Shown one piece after another: positions 9,168-18,298 of a stretch of DNA of 64,000 bases. The number at the start of each line of letters is the position of its first letter. Position 1 is the first letter of the stretch. The DNA lies in the IMG/VR virus record IMGVR_UViG_3300036781_000418, positions 219,296-283,295 of that record. One strand, written 5' to 3'. The translations under genes were made by a program, and so were the position numbers. The notes under the pieces are model-generated. The model had not been told where the DNA came from. It ran no database searches and saw only the letters and a program-made list of their open reading frames with translations. This DNA comes from a virus.

Positions 9168-9898
9168 ACACCATCGACTACTCCCTCCTGGCTGACGCCA
9201 CCAAGCACTACCGTGACATGGGCTACGCGGCGATTGAGGTGCCGTGGCGCGTCTCTGTCGAGGTCTTGAACATCACCAAGCCAGCGTACGTCACCAACAC
9301 GGACTACAAGATCGAGGGTACCAACAAGGCCCTGATCGCGTCGGGTGAACAGGGCTTCATGTACCTGATGAACAAGGGCCACCTTCCACCAGGCGGCTAC
9401 CAGACCATCACGCCCTGCTTCCGCAACGAGCAGTACGACGCGACACACTCCAAGCAGTTCATGAAGTTGGAGTTGATCGAAGTGGTGGCGGAGTGCCAGG
9501 CGATCGGCCAGCACCACGTGCGAGCGCTGTTGGACGTCGTACTGAACGCCATGAAGAAGCTGGCGCCGTCGGACTACCACCGTGAACGACTGATGGTCGT
9601 GCAGCAGTCGGAGTGGGACCCGTTGGCGGTGCCCGGCACGGTGCAGCTGGACATCGAGGCTGAGTTCAACGACAAGCGCGTCGAACTTGGTTCCTTCGGT
9701 GCACGTCGCGCCCACTTCGGTGCGTGGGTCTACGGCACCGGCCTCGCTGAACCTCGGTTCTCCAAGACCATGCAGGCCCTGAGCCAACAGCAGTACCTTG
9801 AGGCCACCGTAAATAGGAGCGATGAAACGAACGACACCCATGTACAAGCTGCTCCTCACCCTATTCTTGAGCGTCTCACTCGACGCGCAGGCACTTGA
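9164..9898 (+). CDS. class II aminoacyl-tRNA synthetase-like catalytic core (AsnA/EpmA-like)
   Basis: class IIb motif-2-like TITPCFRNE...H..QFMKLELIE and motif-3-like GTGLAEPRF; no anticodon-binding domain. Confidence 0.45.
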   Translation: MNTIDYSLLADATKHYRDMGYAAIEVPWRVSVEVLNITKPAYVTNTDYKIEGTNKALIASGEQGFMYLMNKGHLPPGGYQTITPCFRNEQYDATHSKQFMKLELIEVVAECQAIGQHHVRALLDVVLNAMKKLAPSDYHRERLMVVQQSEWDPLAVPGTVQLDIEAEFNDKRVELGSFGARRAHFGAWVYGTGLAEPRFSKTMQALSQQQYLEATVNRSDETNDTHVQAAPHPILERLTRRAGT

Positions 9899-10637
9899 CG
9901 CTCCACTGCCGCTGACGGCCTGCGTGGCGCTGACACCGTACGGTCTGCCCGTCACACAGAAGCAACGCACCACGAAGATCTGTCGCACGGGCTACGTGCT
10001 TGAGCACGACGACGTCCACCACGTTCCAGTGTGGGTGGCGTACTCGCTCACGCCCGACCAGGCAACGGGCTGCTACCCACGTGTGAGCCACTTCGTGCCT
10101 GAGCCTGGCCTGCCACCTGGTGCGTCCGCTCAGTTAAAGGATTACGCCAAGCACGGCTACGACATCGGCCACCAGGCCAACGACTCCGACATGCGCTGGT
10201 CAAAGCTGACCGAGGAAGAGTCCAACATCTTCGCCAACGCCGCGCCACAGTTGCCCGAGTTCAACCGCGGCATCTGGAAGAAGCTTGAGGACACTACCCG
10301 TGGTTGGGCCATCAGCCGTGGCCACAAGCTTAAGGTCTACATCGCGCCCGTCGTGAACGCCCAAGACAAGGCGATCGGCGTCGACCAAGTTATTGTGCCA
10401 CACGCCTTCGTGAAGGTGTTGGTTGACACCCAGACGAACGAGGTGCTGGCGTTCCTGTTCAAGCACGAGGGCTCGAAGGCCGACCTAAGCACGTTCGTGA
10501 CGAGCTTGGCTGAAGCGCAGCGTCAGAGCGGCGTCATCTTCCCAGTGCCGCCGAACGCGGTCCTATCCACCACCATTTGGCCGGTGACGTTGAAGTCGAA
10601 CCGCGCGGCCAAGTCCAACGTGTGCCTGTTGAAATGA
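9822..10637 (+). CDS. secreted non-specific DNA/RNA endonuclease (EndoG/NUC1/Serratia-nuclease family)
   Basis: signal peptide; GYDIGHQAND (DRGH-like) and NIFANAAPQ...FNRGIWKKLE. Confidence 0.65.
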   Translation: MKRTTPMYKLLLTLFLSVSLDAQALDAPLPLTACVALTPYGLPVTQKQRTTKICRTGYVLEHDDVHHVPVWVAYSLTPDQATGCYPRVSHFVPEPGLPPGASAQLKDYAKHGYDIGHQANDSDMRWSKLTEEESNIFANAAPQLPEFNRGIWKKLEDTTRGWAISRGHKLKVYIAPVVNAQDKAIGVDQVIVPHAFVKVLVDTQTNEVLAFLFKHEGSKADLSTFVTSLAEAQRQSGVIFPVPPNAVLSTTIWPVTLKSNRAAKSNVCLLK

Positions 10638-10828
10638 GCGGCTCTGTCTACGTCGTCATGGACCCTGGCAAGGATGGCATGCACTACCCTGACAAGATCG
10701 TCTCCATCCATGCCGACTTCACCAAGGCCTACGAGGAACGCAAGCTCCTTCAAGACCGTCGTGAGTATGAGGACACCTTCATGGAGTACGAGCCCTACTA
10801 CGTTCGTCACTGGCACCTATCATCATGA
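10634..10828 (+). CDS. hypothetical protein (64 aa)
   Basis: ATG overlaps upstream TGA. Confidence 0.4.
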   Translation: MSGSVYVVMDPGKDGMHYPDKIVSIHADFTKAYEERKLLQDRREYEDTFMEYEPYYVRHWHLSS

Positions 10829-11091
10829 TCAACATTCCGCCAATCTACCTTCCACTCATCAAGAACCTCGACCCTAAGACGTTAGCGGCTGAGCTCTGCT
10901 CGGTGCAGCCCATGACGCAGGAGACTGGTGACGCCCTCAAGTGCATCATCAAGACAGCGGCGGAAGTTGAAGCCGAGGAACCAGCACAAGGCGCCGAGCG
11001 CCACGTCTTCTGCAAAGGTTGGGAGATCTACTACGGCACTGAGTGGATCGACTACGATGTGTGGGCGAAGATCAAGCGGGCTGGGCTGTGA
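10825..11091 (+). CDS. hypothetical protein (88 aa)
   Basis: ORF track; ATGA overlap. Confidence 0.45.
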   Translation: MINIPPIYLPLIKNLDPKTLAAELCSVQPMTQETGDALKCIIKTAAEVEAEEPAQGAERHVFCKGWEIYYGTEWIDYDVWAKIKRAGL

Positions 11092-11324
11092 AGGAGGTCT
11101 TCGTCGATCCACCTAATCGCACGGTGGCAGGCGCCGACTACACTGAGACCAGCCTGGTCTACCGCCTGAGGAAGCGGGCCGAAATTCGTCGGCAAATTCC
11201 TACACGTAAGTCGGTGCAAGAAGGCACGCCCGACCGACTTGCGGATCTACTTGAAGAGGCCGCCACCGAACTAGAGAGGCTCTATGCTGACCTTCTATCC
11301 AAAAGACCTGCCGATCTGGGGTGA
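11043..11324 (+). CDS. hypothetical protein; start uncertain
   Basis: ORF track only. Confidence 0.3.
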   Translation: MDRLRCVGEDQAGWAVKEVFVDPPNRTVAGADYTETSLVYRLRKRAEIRRQIPTRKSVQEGTPDRLADLLEEAATELERLYADLLSKRPADLG

Positions 11325-11562
11325 TCGATTCTGCTTCACCAACGACATCACGCTCGTGACGAAGGAGAAGTATGACCACACCAGCTTTGATACTTACCGT
11401 GCATTCTTGACTTTCCTTGAAGAATGCGGTGTGACGTTCACTGACCCAAACAACAAGGTCGAACTCCGTTCGACACCTTACCCATATGAACGGTGGGGCG
11501 TTGATCCACATACGGTGGTTCAAGGCGACGTCATCTACGGTACAATTACTACTCGATCGTAA
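11284..11562 (+). CDS. hypothetical protein (92 aa)
   Basis: ORF track. Confidence 0.45.
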   Translation: MLTFYPKDLPIWGDRFCFTNDITLVTKEKYDHTSFDTYRAFLTFLEECGVTFTDPNNKVELRSTPYPYERWGVDPHTVVQGDVIYGTITTRS

Positions 11563-11646
11563 GGAGGAAGCTATGTCACAGCTAAACGCGGTTCCAACGG
11601 AATCCCACGACACTCTGTAAACGGAGTCTCACCCAAGTTCCGACGC

Positions 11647-11961
11647 ATGTCGGAACTCTACCGCTTCTTCGCAAGCGGCAAGTCGAGTAAGCTCGACTTC
11701 AGCGACGAGGCGCTCTTGTCGCTCTACAACCACGAGTCCTACGGCACCCCACTCAGCGAGCAGAACGGCTTCGCGGTGGGTAAGCAGTACCTGAACCTTC
11801 AGGTCACGATGTGGCGGGAGGACCTTCGCCGCGGTTGGCTCTTCAAGTCCGAGCTGTACGAAGACCCGAACCTGCCGCACTGGTGGTTGGACTCAGTTCT
11901 TCAACACACGTACACTGGTGCTACCTGGGCGCAGCTTCAGGCCGAGTGTCGCCGTATTTGA
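11647..11961 (+). CDS. hypothetical protein (104 aa)
   Basis: ORF track. Confidence 0.5.
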   Translation: MSELYRFFASGKSSKLDFSDEALLSLYNHESYGTPLSEQNGFAVGKQYLNLQVTMWREDLRRGWLFKSELYEDPNLPHWWLDSVLQHTYTGATWAQLQAECRRI

Positions 11962-12000
11962 GCGCGTAGCGTACAATGCGCTCATACACGAAGGACACAT

Positions 12001-12228
12001 ATGAGCGCACGCAACGACCTGGGACTTATCGCTGGACTCTTGACGGTTGAACTGGACGTCAAGACACGGCAGTTCACTGAAATCACGGCGATGGAAACGA
12101 TCAACGTCGAGGAGGCGAAGATCAAGGAGTCCATCCTTATGTTCATCCAAGCTGATCTCGTCCGACTGCACAAGATCCACACGGAGGCGGTCATGGCCGT
12201 CGCTCGCTGTGAGAAGGAACCGGCGTGA
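12001..12228 (+). CDS. hypothetical protein (75 aa)
   Basis: ORF track. Confidence 0.45.
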   Translation: MSARNDLGLIAGLLTVELDVKTRQFTEITAMETINVEEAKIKESILMFIQADLVRLHKIHTEAVMAVARCEKEPA

Positions 12229-12752
12229 CCCACCTACCACTGCATCCTGACGATCTGACACCGCTCTGGGAGATGGTGCGGCCATGGGCCCAACGTCGCT
12301 TCGCTAAAAGTCAGATTACGCCGGACGAAGGCGTGATTCGCATGGACGTCAACGACTTCGACATCACCGTCAAGAACCGACGCACCTGGTCGTTCTACAT
12401 GCAACTCACCGGTTTTGGTACGGCCAACGGTGAGGTGACCTACGGCTCGGCCAACATCGACGTGATTTTCTCCCCGCCCGACCACTACGACGTCATCGAG
12501 TTCCGGGCCTCAATTCACCAAGGACAGTTCACGGGCGTGCGGCTCGGTCCAAACTTCTTGGGCCTCGGCAACAAGCACCCGGTCACCAGCATCCGCAACG
12601 AAACCATCTTGCAGGAAGTCGCCGCCATGTTGAAGGGACACTCTACCATCACCCGCACCCGCTTGGCTGACTTCAAGCCGATCGCGCCGCCTCCAATCGC
12701 CCCGCCGCCAGCTACACCGCTCTTGCGCCGTCTGTTTTGGTGGTGGCGCTGA
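12225..12752 (+). CDS. hypothetical protein (175 aa)
   Basis: ORF track; ATGA overlap. Confidence 0.5.
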   Translation: MTHLPLHPDDLTPLWEMVRPWAQRRFAKSQITPDEGVIRMDVNDFDITVKNRRTWSFYMQLTGFGTANGEVTYGSANIDVIFSPPDHYDVIEFRASIHQGQFTGVRLGPNFLGLGNKHPVTSIRNETILQEVAAMLKGHSTITRTRLADFKPIAPPPIAPPPATPLLRRLFWWWR

Positions 12753-13171
12753 TGGGCATGATCCGAATTTACCAGGGCAAGAGCAAGCCGAAGCCGAAGA
12801 AACCCGGCTGGGAGCAGGAGAAGCAGCAACACGACGAGTGGCTGGCCAAGGTAAACTCCATGACCCTTGGCGTGACGAAGCCGAAGAAATGGACCAAGGA
12901 GAAGATCGACCCGGTCGTGAAGAAGCCCGTCGTGAACAAGACAAGGTTAACGAAGGCCGGAAAAAGTGTGATGACGCCTGGCGACACGAGCACGAAACCC
13001 GTGCTGCGGCCGGAAATTCTCTACAGAGACGATCCGGAAATGTTGGCTCGAGAACTCAAAGCCCGGGAACGCCAGTTCAACGTCGCGCCCGCGTACAACA
13101 AGGGCGGTGATCAGTACGTGTCTGAGGAGGAGCTGGTGAAGCTCTTATCCGGCAACAAACGCCGGTCATAA
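12737..13171 (+). CDS. Lys-rich hypothetical protein (144 aa)
   Basis: ORF track. Confidence 0.5.
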   Translation: MVVALMGMIRIYQGKSKPKPKKPGWEQEKQQHDEWLAKVNSMTLGVTKPKKWTKEKIDPVVKKPVVNKTRLTKAGKSVMTPGDTSTKPVLRPEILYRDDPEMLARELKARERQFNVAPAYNKGGDQYVSEEELVKLLSGNKRRS

Positions 13172-13220
13172 CGTGTAACGGCCGGCAGACCTGACATTAA
13201 AGTGTAACGCGGGGGAACTT

Positions 13221-13250
13221 TTGGCCAGAGTGTTAAAAAGTGTTTAGAAT
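13221..13250 (+). promoter_or_regulatory. sigma70-like promoter (TTGGCC-N18-TAGAAT) for the PEP-CTERM gene
   Basis: hexamers with 18-nt spacer, 60 nt before ATG 13311; upstream GTGTAAC repeats at 13173 and 13202. Confidence 0.4.
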
Positions 13251-13310
13251 GACCATGTTCGCACCAAGCGAACGATCGATCGCTCAACTTGTGTCATAAG
13301 GACTTTCAAC

Positions 13311-14144
13311 ATGAAAAAACTCCTGCTTTCTGTACTGGTGGTCGCGGCGTCGTTCGCCGTCCACGCAGATCCGGTCCCGGATCCTGGCATGCTCACCTTG
13401 ACCGGCTATCAGAACGGCTCCGCGCCGATCGGTACCGTGACGGTGAATCCGCCCGGCTTGTTCAACAACCAAAGCGAACTGGTCGCGGTCAGCGGCCTCA
13501 AGGGTTCGTTCGACGATGGCTTTGGTGCTGTCAGTCTCAACGCGCTGTTCTGCGTCGAGCTGTTCGCTCCCACGGGCAACATCGGTCAATCCCTGGCCTA
13601 CACGCAGAACACGCCGGGTCTCGGCGCCTACAGCATGGGTTTCACGGCGCTGCAGTCCTCGCGCCTGAACAACCTGTTCGCCAAGGAATTCGCGACCTAC
13701 GGCGTCGTTGGTGGAACTACGGCCACGCAGTCGGCCGCCACGCAGCTCTCCATCTGGGAGATCCTGTACGGCGGTGATGCTGGCTTCGGTGATCTGACGG
13801 GCAACCTGCTGGAAACCCTGGGTGTGGCCGACACGAACGGCTTCTGGTCGACCGACCTGGCCGGTGCACGCACCACGGCTGAAGGCCTGCTGGCTGGCAT
13901 CGACTCGTACGACTCCTCGGGCTTCAACGTCTCGCTGACGTCGTACAACAACGGCCTGTCGAAGCCCGGCTACCAGGACTTCATCTCGGTGGACGTCAGT
14001 CTCGGTTCGCAATGCGGTCTGAACCCGCTGGGTTGCGATCCGACCACGGTGCCGGAACCTGACTCGCTCGCTCTCACCGGTGTCGGTCTGATGGGTCTCG
14101 GCTTCGTCGCTCGCCGTCGCAAGGCCAAGCAGCTGCAAAGCTGA
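13311..14144 (+). CDS. secreted PEP-CTERM protein (signal peptide + C-terminal PEP-CTERM anchor)
   Basis: MKKLLLSVLVVAASFAVHA signal; C-terminus VPEPDSLALTGVGLMGLGFVARRRKAKQ. Confidence 0.7.
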   Translation: MKKLLLSVLVVAASFAVHADPVPDPGMLTLTGYQNGSAPIGTVTVNPPGLFNNQSELVAVSGLKGSFDDGFGAVSLNALFCVELFAPTGNIGQSLAYTQNTPGLGAYSMGFTALQSSRLNNLFAKEFATYGVVGGTTATQSAATQLSIWEILYGGDAGFGDLTGNLLETLGVADTNGFWSTDLAGARTTAEGLLAGIDSYDSSGFNVSLTSYNNGLSKPGYQDFISVDVSLGSQCGLNPLGCDPTTVPEPDSLALTGVGLMGLGFVARRRKAKQLQS

Positions 14145-14168
14145 TCAGCCACAAGCTGATTCCTGAGC

Positions 14169-14197
14169 AAAGCCCCTGGTAACCCCAGGGGCTTTTT
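14169..14197 (+). terminator. rho-independent terminator
   Basis: gcccctgg-taac-ccaggggc followed by TTTTT. Confidence 0.7.
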
Positions 14198-14292
14198 GAC
14201 GTTCGTAACTCTGTAAAGTTCCAGCAGTCCGGTCAGGGCTGCCACGCGGACCCTCTAAATAATGCATCGCAACCGCATTACTAGGAGAAACC

Positions 14293-15180
14293 ATGTCCGC
14301 AATTCTCACCAAGCTCGTCGCATGGCTGAAGTCCATCTTCGCGTCCGCCGAAGTTCAAGTCAAGCAGGAAGTCACGACCATCGAGGCCGTGGCCAAGCAG
14401 AAGATTCAGGCCGCTGAACAGACCGTCGTGACCACCTTCGAGCAGAAGCTCCAAGGCTGGATTCCAGACGCGATCGACACGCGCGACCAGGTGTTCACGC
14501 TGTCCGCCCCACTGCCACCGTCCGTCGACCTGCGCTCCCAACTCAAGCCAGTCGACAACCAAGGTGCGCTCAACTCGTGCGTCTCCCACGCCGTCACGTC
14601 CGCACTTGAAACCGTGCTGAAGGTCTCCGACCTCTCGCGTCTCTTCACGTACTACAACGCACGTTCGCTTGAAGGCCGCACGGGCATGGACGCTGGCTGC
14701 GCGATTCGAAACGCCGTCAAGGGCGCCGTCACCTACGGCATCGCACCTGAAACCGACTGGCCGTACGTCACCACGCAGGTTCTGGTCGCCCCACCAACGA
14801 AGTCTTACACCGACGGTACCCCGTTGAAGGCACGCATCGGCTACGCCCAAGTCACGACCTTGACCGCGCTGAAGACCGCCCTCGCCACGGGTCTGCCAGT
14901 CGTCTTCGGCTTCACGGTCCCTGACGTCTTCGCCAGCGCCGTTCAGTCCGTCGGCACCGCCTACACGGGCGTCCTGCCGTACCCAACTGCCGCAAACAAG
15001 TTCATCGGTGCGCACGCGGTCCTGGCCGTCGGCTACGATGACCCGTCGGGCATGGTGATCGTGCGTAACTCGTTCGGTCCTGCATGGGGCAAGTCCGGTT
15101 ACTTCATGATGCCGTATGCATGGTTCGCCAACATGACCGGCCTGGTGTCAGACGCATGGGTGCTGAGCCCTAAGGCCTAA
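14293..15180 (+). CDS. papain-like cysteine peptidase (C1 family)
   Basis: QGALNSCVSHA (Cys site), HAVLAVGYDD (His site), NSFGPAWGKSGYF. Confidence 0.65.
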   Translation: MSAILTKLVAWLKSIFASAEVQVKQEVTTIEAVAKQKIQAAEQTVVTTFEQKLQGWIPDAIDTRDQVFTLSAPLPPSVDLRSQLKPVDNQGALNSCVSHAVTSALETVLKVSDLSRLFTYYNARSLEGRTGMDAGCAIRNAVKGAVTYGIAPETDWPYVTTQVLVAPPTKSYTDGTPLKARIGYAQVTTLTALKTALATGLPVVFGFTVPDVFASAVQSVGTAYTGVLPYPTAANKFIGAHAVLAVGYDDPSGMVIVRNSFGPAWGKSGYFMMPYAWFANMTGLVSDAWVLSPKA

Positions 15181-15525
15181 CACACGTCCGTACGACTCTA
15201 CGAGGCGACGCCGGTTCACTCCGGTCGTCGCCTTTGTTGTACCTACTGTCGAACTACGGCGTGTGCACCGGCGTCGCCTCGTGTCGCCGCCAACTGAACC
15301 CGCACTATCTGTCAGCTAATGCCTCTACGAGCGAGTGCTGAAGGTAAATACGCCGAACTCTGGAGCACCTCATGAACATCGTCCTTCGTCTGAACGACCT
15401 TTACCTCTCACTCGTCATGACGAACACGTTGGAGCAGTTCACGAACTGCCTGATGCTCGTCGTGTTCTGCACCCTGACCTGATACGAAGGTTGTTCACGG
15501 CCGGTGAGGCCGTTAGAATGGTGGC

Positions 15526-16053
15526 ATGAGCTCGAAACGTCCACCACCAAAGAACCCGTTCCCGATCCAAACCAACACGTTTGGAAAGGCGCCCGCGGCC
15601 ATCTACCTCTGTCACCTGCTGAACGAGGCGAAGGACGTGAACATGCTGCGTCGAATCTCCGCCTTGTTCCAAGCGCAGCGCACCCTCCTCAAAGAGGTCG
15701 TGGCCGCCCACAAGGACTACGACGTGCTGTCAACCAAGTCCTTAGGCGCCCTGCTCACGATGATGGCCAACAACATCCGAGATCAGGTGGGCCAAGGCAT
15801 CCGTAAGGACGCACCCTTCTTCGCCGACCTCGTCGTCAACATCCTCGACGGTGACATCAAGACGTGGCGCAACCGCCAAGCTGAAGCCAAGAAGCGCTTC
15901 GTCAAGCTCCAGCGGACCGCCGCCCCAGGCACGGTCTTCGAGCAAAACTGGTGTCCAGCCGACGAGGTGGAGGGCGAGAAGACCGTCGAGCTGCTCAGGG
16001 AGCGGTCGAAGAAGTACCTCGAGCGCAAGGGCAAGAAGGACACGTTGTACTGA
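15526..16053 (+). CDS. hypothetical protein (175 aa)
   Basis: ORF track. Confidence 0.5.
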   Translation: MSSKRPPPKNPFPIQTNTFGKAPAAIYLCHLLNEAKDVNMLRRISALFQAQRTLLKEVVAAHKDYDVLSTKSLGALLTMMANNIRDQVGQGIRKDAPFFADLVVNILDGDIKTWRNRQAEAKKRFVKLQRTAAPGTVFEQNWCPADEVEGEKTVELLRERSKKYLERKGKKDTLY

Positions 16054-16259
16054 CATGACGATCTTCAAACTTATCGGTACATGGGTCTTGGCTGCCAAGG
16101 ACGCTCGTGTTGAGCGTGTTAGGTTTAAGTTGTTCCTGGCACAAGCCAGACTCCGTAGCATGCAGCAAAATTCCCGCAGCTTCACGTCCTCAGAGTTCGT
16201 CGAGCAAGACGTTCGCGTGGCCAGACTGCAGTACAGCCTACAACGATTGGAGCGGCGCC

Positions 16260-16751
16260 ATGAAGCCAGTTAAGTTCTTCGCCGTGCTGGCCATGTGCTG
16301 TTGGCTCAACGCCTGGTTTCTCGAGCCTGGCGTCTACAACTTCTACGCGATGGTCACGTTGCCTGGCACGTTCCTCCATGAGTCCGCCCACTACCTGATG
16401 GCAGCCATGTTGGACGGTCACCCTGGCAACTTCAACCTCATTCCATCTGGTGACATTCTTGGCTCGGTAACCTTCTACCCAAACTGGTACAACCCAGCGC
16501 CGGTCAGCTGGGCGCCGCTCCTGCTGATGCCGTTCACCGCCTTCTTCGCGGCCATGGCGGCCCGCGCCCAGCTGCTGATGCTGCCAGTCTGGGGCTACGT
16601 CTCAGCGTGCTCATGGGCGGCCAGCACGCCGTCACCACAAGACTACCACAACGCGCTGGTGATGCCGACCAGCTTTCCGTTTGGCGTCATCATCTTGGCG
16701 GCCGTCACGTGGGCCGTCTACAAGATCACTCGCCGTATGGTGTTCACATGA
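16260..16751 (+). CDS. polytopic membrane protein with HExxH motif (putative membrane metalloprotease)
   Basis: start at the MKPVKFF ATG; LHESAHYLMA; about 5 hydrophobic segments. Confidence 0.45.
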   Translation: MKPVKFFAVLAMCCWLNAWFLEPGVYNFYAMVTLPGTFLHESAHYLMAAMLDGHPGNFNLIPSGDILGSVTFYPNWYNPAPVSWAPLLLMPFTAFFAAMAARAQLLMLPVWGYVSACSWAASTPSPQDYHNALVMPTSFPFGVIILAAVTWAVYKITRRMVFT

Positions 16752-17080
16752 GCGTAAATACGGACGAGCCGAAGCTCTGGGAGATCCTAGTTCCGACGGT
16801 GCGACGTGCTGACGGCAAACCCATCCGCACTCGCTTCCACCGGGTCTGGGACAATAAGGTTCGTGAAATCAGCGGTGGTCTCACGATTCTTACCCCAGCG
16901 AAAGGCCAGTGGGTAGCTCCTGATGGGGAGCTGTTTGTTGAACGCATGATCCCAGTAAGGATACTTGCAACACGGTCCCAGATTGAGGAGATCGTTGATC
17001 ACACGCTAGGTTACTATGACCAACTCGCGGTACTCTGTTACTGCGTCAGCAGTGAGGTGATCTTAAAGCACAGGAGTTGA
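16748..17080 (+). CDS. hypothetical protein (110 aa)
   Basis: ATGA overlap; start at MSVNTDE. Confidence 0.45.
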   Translation: MSVNTDEPKLWEILVPTVRRADGKPIRTRFHRVWDNKVREISGGLTILTPAKGQWVAPDGELFVERMIPVRILATRSQIEEIVDHTLGYYDQLAVLCYCVSSEVILKHRS

Positions 17081-17084
17081 AACT

Positions 17085-17471
17085 ATGACGACCATTCTTC
17101 GATGGCCGCCGACCTCGGTAACGCACCATGAAGTCTACAAGGACCAGTTCACCTGGGTCAGCGAAGACGAACGCGACAAGCTGATCGCCGAAGTTCAACG
17201 GATCGCGGCCGACTACATCGTCTTGGCTCCTCGTTCGGCTAACTTGATCCACAGCTTCGCCACCATGGCGGAGACTGCTGGCTACCACTTGTCCATGGGC
17301 ATGGACATTCGCAACCACTACTTGCTCTACCACACGAGCCCGCTGACGAAGCGGTGGCGCGATAACCCCTACTCGCACGACATCCGCTTCGGTATCGACT
17401 TTTCACCTGACCACCCAGACGCGATCTCAACTCTGATCTTGAAGGAAGTATGGATTCAACTTCATCCGTAA
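17085..17471 (+). CDS. hypothetical protein (128 aa)
   Basis: ORF track. Confidence 0.5.
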   Translation: MTTILRWPPTSVTHHEVYKDQFTWVSEDERDKLIAEVQRIAADYIVLAPRSANLIHSFATMAETAGYHLSMGMDIRNHYLLYHTSPLTKRWRDNPYSHDIRFGIDFSPDHPDAISTLILKEVWIQLHP

Positions 17472-18070
17472 AGGTGCTGTTCCTCGACGTGGACGGCGTG
17501 CTGAACACATCGACCAGCTGCCTGCTGAAGTGCGGCATGTACCTGTCGACGTGCGCCCAGCGTGACGCGTGGTGGGAGCTGTTTCACCTGGTCGGTCATG
17601 ATGACCAGGTGCCGTACGGTCCGACCTACAGTGTCAACTCGATCGACCCAATGGCCGTCGGGCTGGTGAACCGCTTGTTGGACAAGGAACCGACCCTGCG
17701 GATCGTATTCTCCAGCTCGCACCGTTCGTTCTTTGCGGCCTCAACCTACGAGTACCCGTGCGAGTTCGCCTCGCCGATTCACTTGGAGCGGCTGACGACG
17801 TACCTCACGTCGCTTGGTATCAAGATTCAGGGTCGGTTGATCGGCATCACACCGCGCCTGCACACTCGCCGTGGTCTGGAGATCAACACCTGGCTGCAGG
17901 CCTACGACGGTCCGGAGATCACGCACCACGCGGCGGTCGACGACGAGGCGGCTATCTACCCGTACGAGACGACGCTGATCCGAACCGACGCGAAGTTCGG
18001 CCTGACGGCGGACAAGTACTTCGAGCTCTGCAACGCGCTGGGCATCCACGAATCACCGATCATCTACTGA
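17450..18070 (+). CDS. HAD-superfamily phosphatase (Pnk-phosphatase/nucleotidase-like)
   Basis: motif I VLFLDVDGVLNT. Confidence 0.55.
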   Translation: MDSTSSVKVLFLDVDGVLNTSTSCLLKCGMYLSTCAQRDAWWELFHLVGHDDQVPYGPTYSVNSIDPMAVGLVNRLLDKEPTLRIVFSSSHRSFFAASTYEYPCEFASPIHLERLTTYLTSLGIKIQGRLIGITPRLHTRRGLEINTWLQAYDGPEITHHAAVDDEAAIYPYETTLIRTDAKFGLTADKYFELCNALGIHESPIIY

Positions 18071-18222
18071 CCATGGCTGGAACAAACGACGTCACGGGCG
18101 ACAAGCTCATCAACAAGCGAAACTCAGACGCGTACCGCGACAACTGGGACGCGATCTTCGGCAAGAAGGAAGTTCCACCGCCGAAAGAAGAAGAGCCGAC
18201 TGATGAGCCGGCTCCTGAATAA

Positions 18223-18298
18223 CTGTCCGTAGCTCAATTGGATAGAGCCACGCCCTCCTAAGGCGTAGATCCCAGTTCGAATCTGGGCGGATGGACCA
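18223..18298 (+). tRNA. tRNA-Arg (CCT)
   Basis: acceptor ctgtccg/cggatgg, D-arm tagctcaattggatagagc, loop CTCCTAA, T-arm, CCA. Confidence 0.8.

Noticed and set aside
8948-9988. 346-aa minus-strand ORF
   Set aside because: Antisense to well-supported plus-strand genes (aaRS-like, nuclease). Arg/Leu/Val-rich low-complexity composition typical of spurious ORFs on the complement of high-GC coding DNA.
13284-15015. Minus-strand ORFs 13284-14138 and 14281-15015
   Set aside because: Antisense to the PEP-CTERM and papain-like peptidase genes, which have clear signal peptides and motifs. Arg/Gly/Val-rich.
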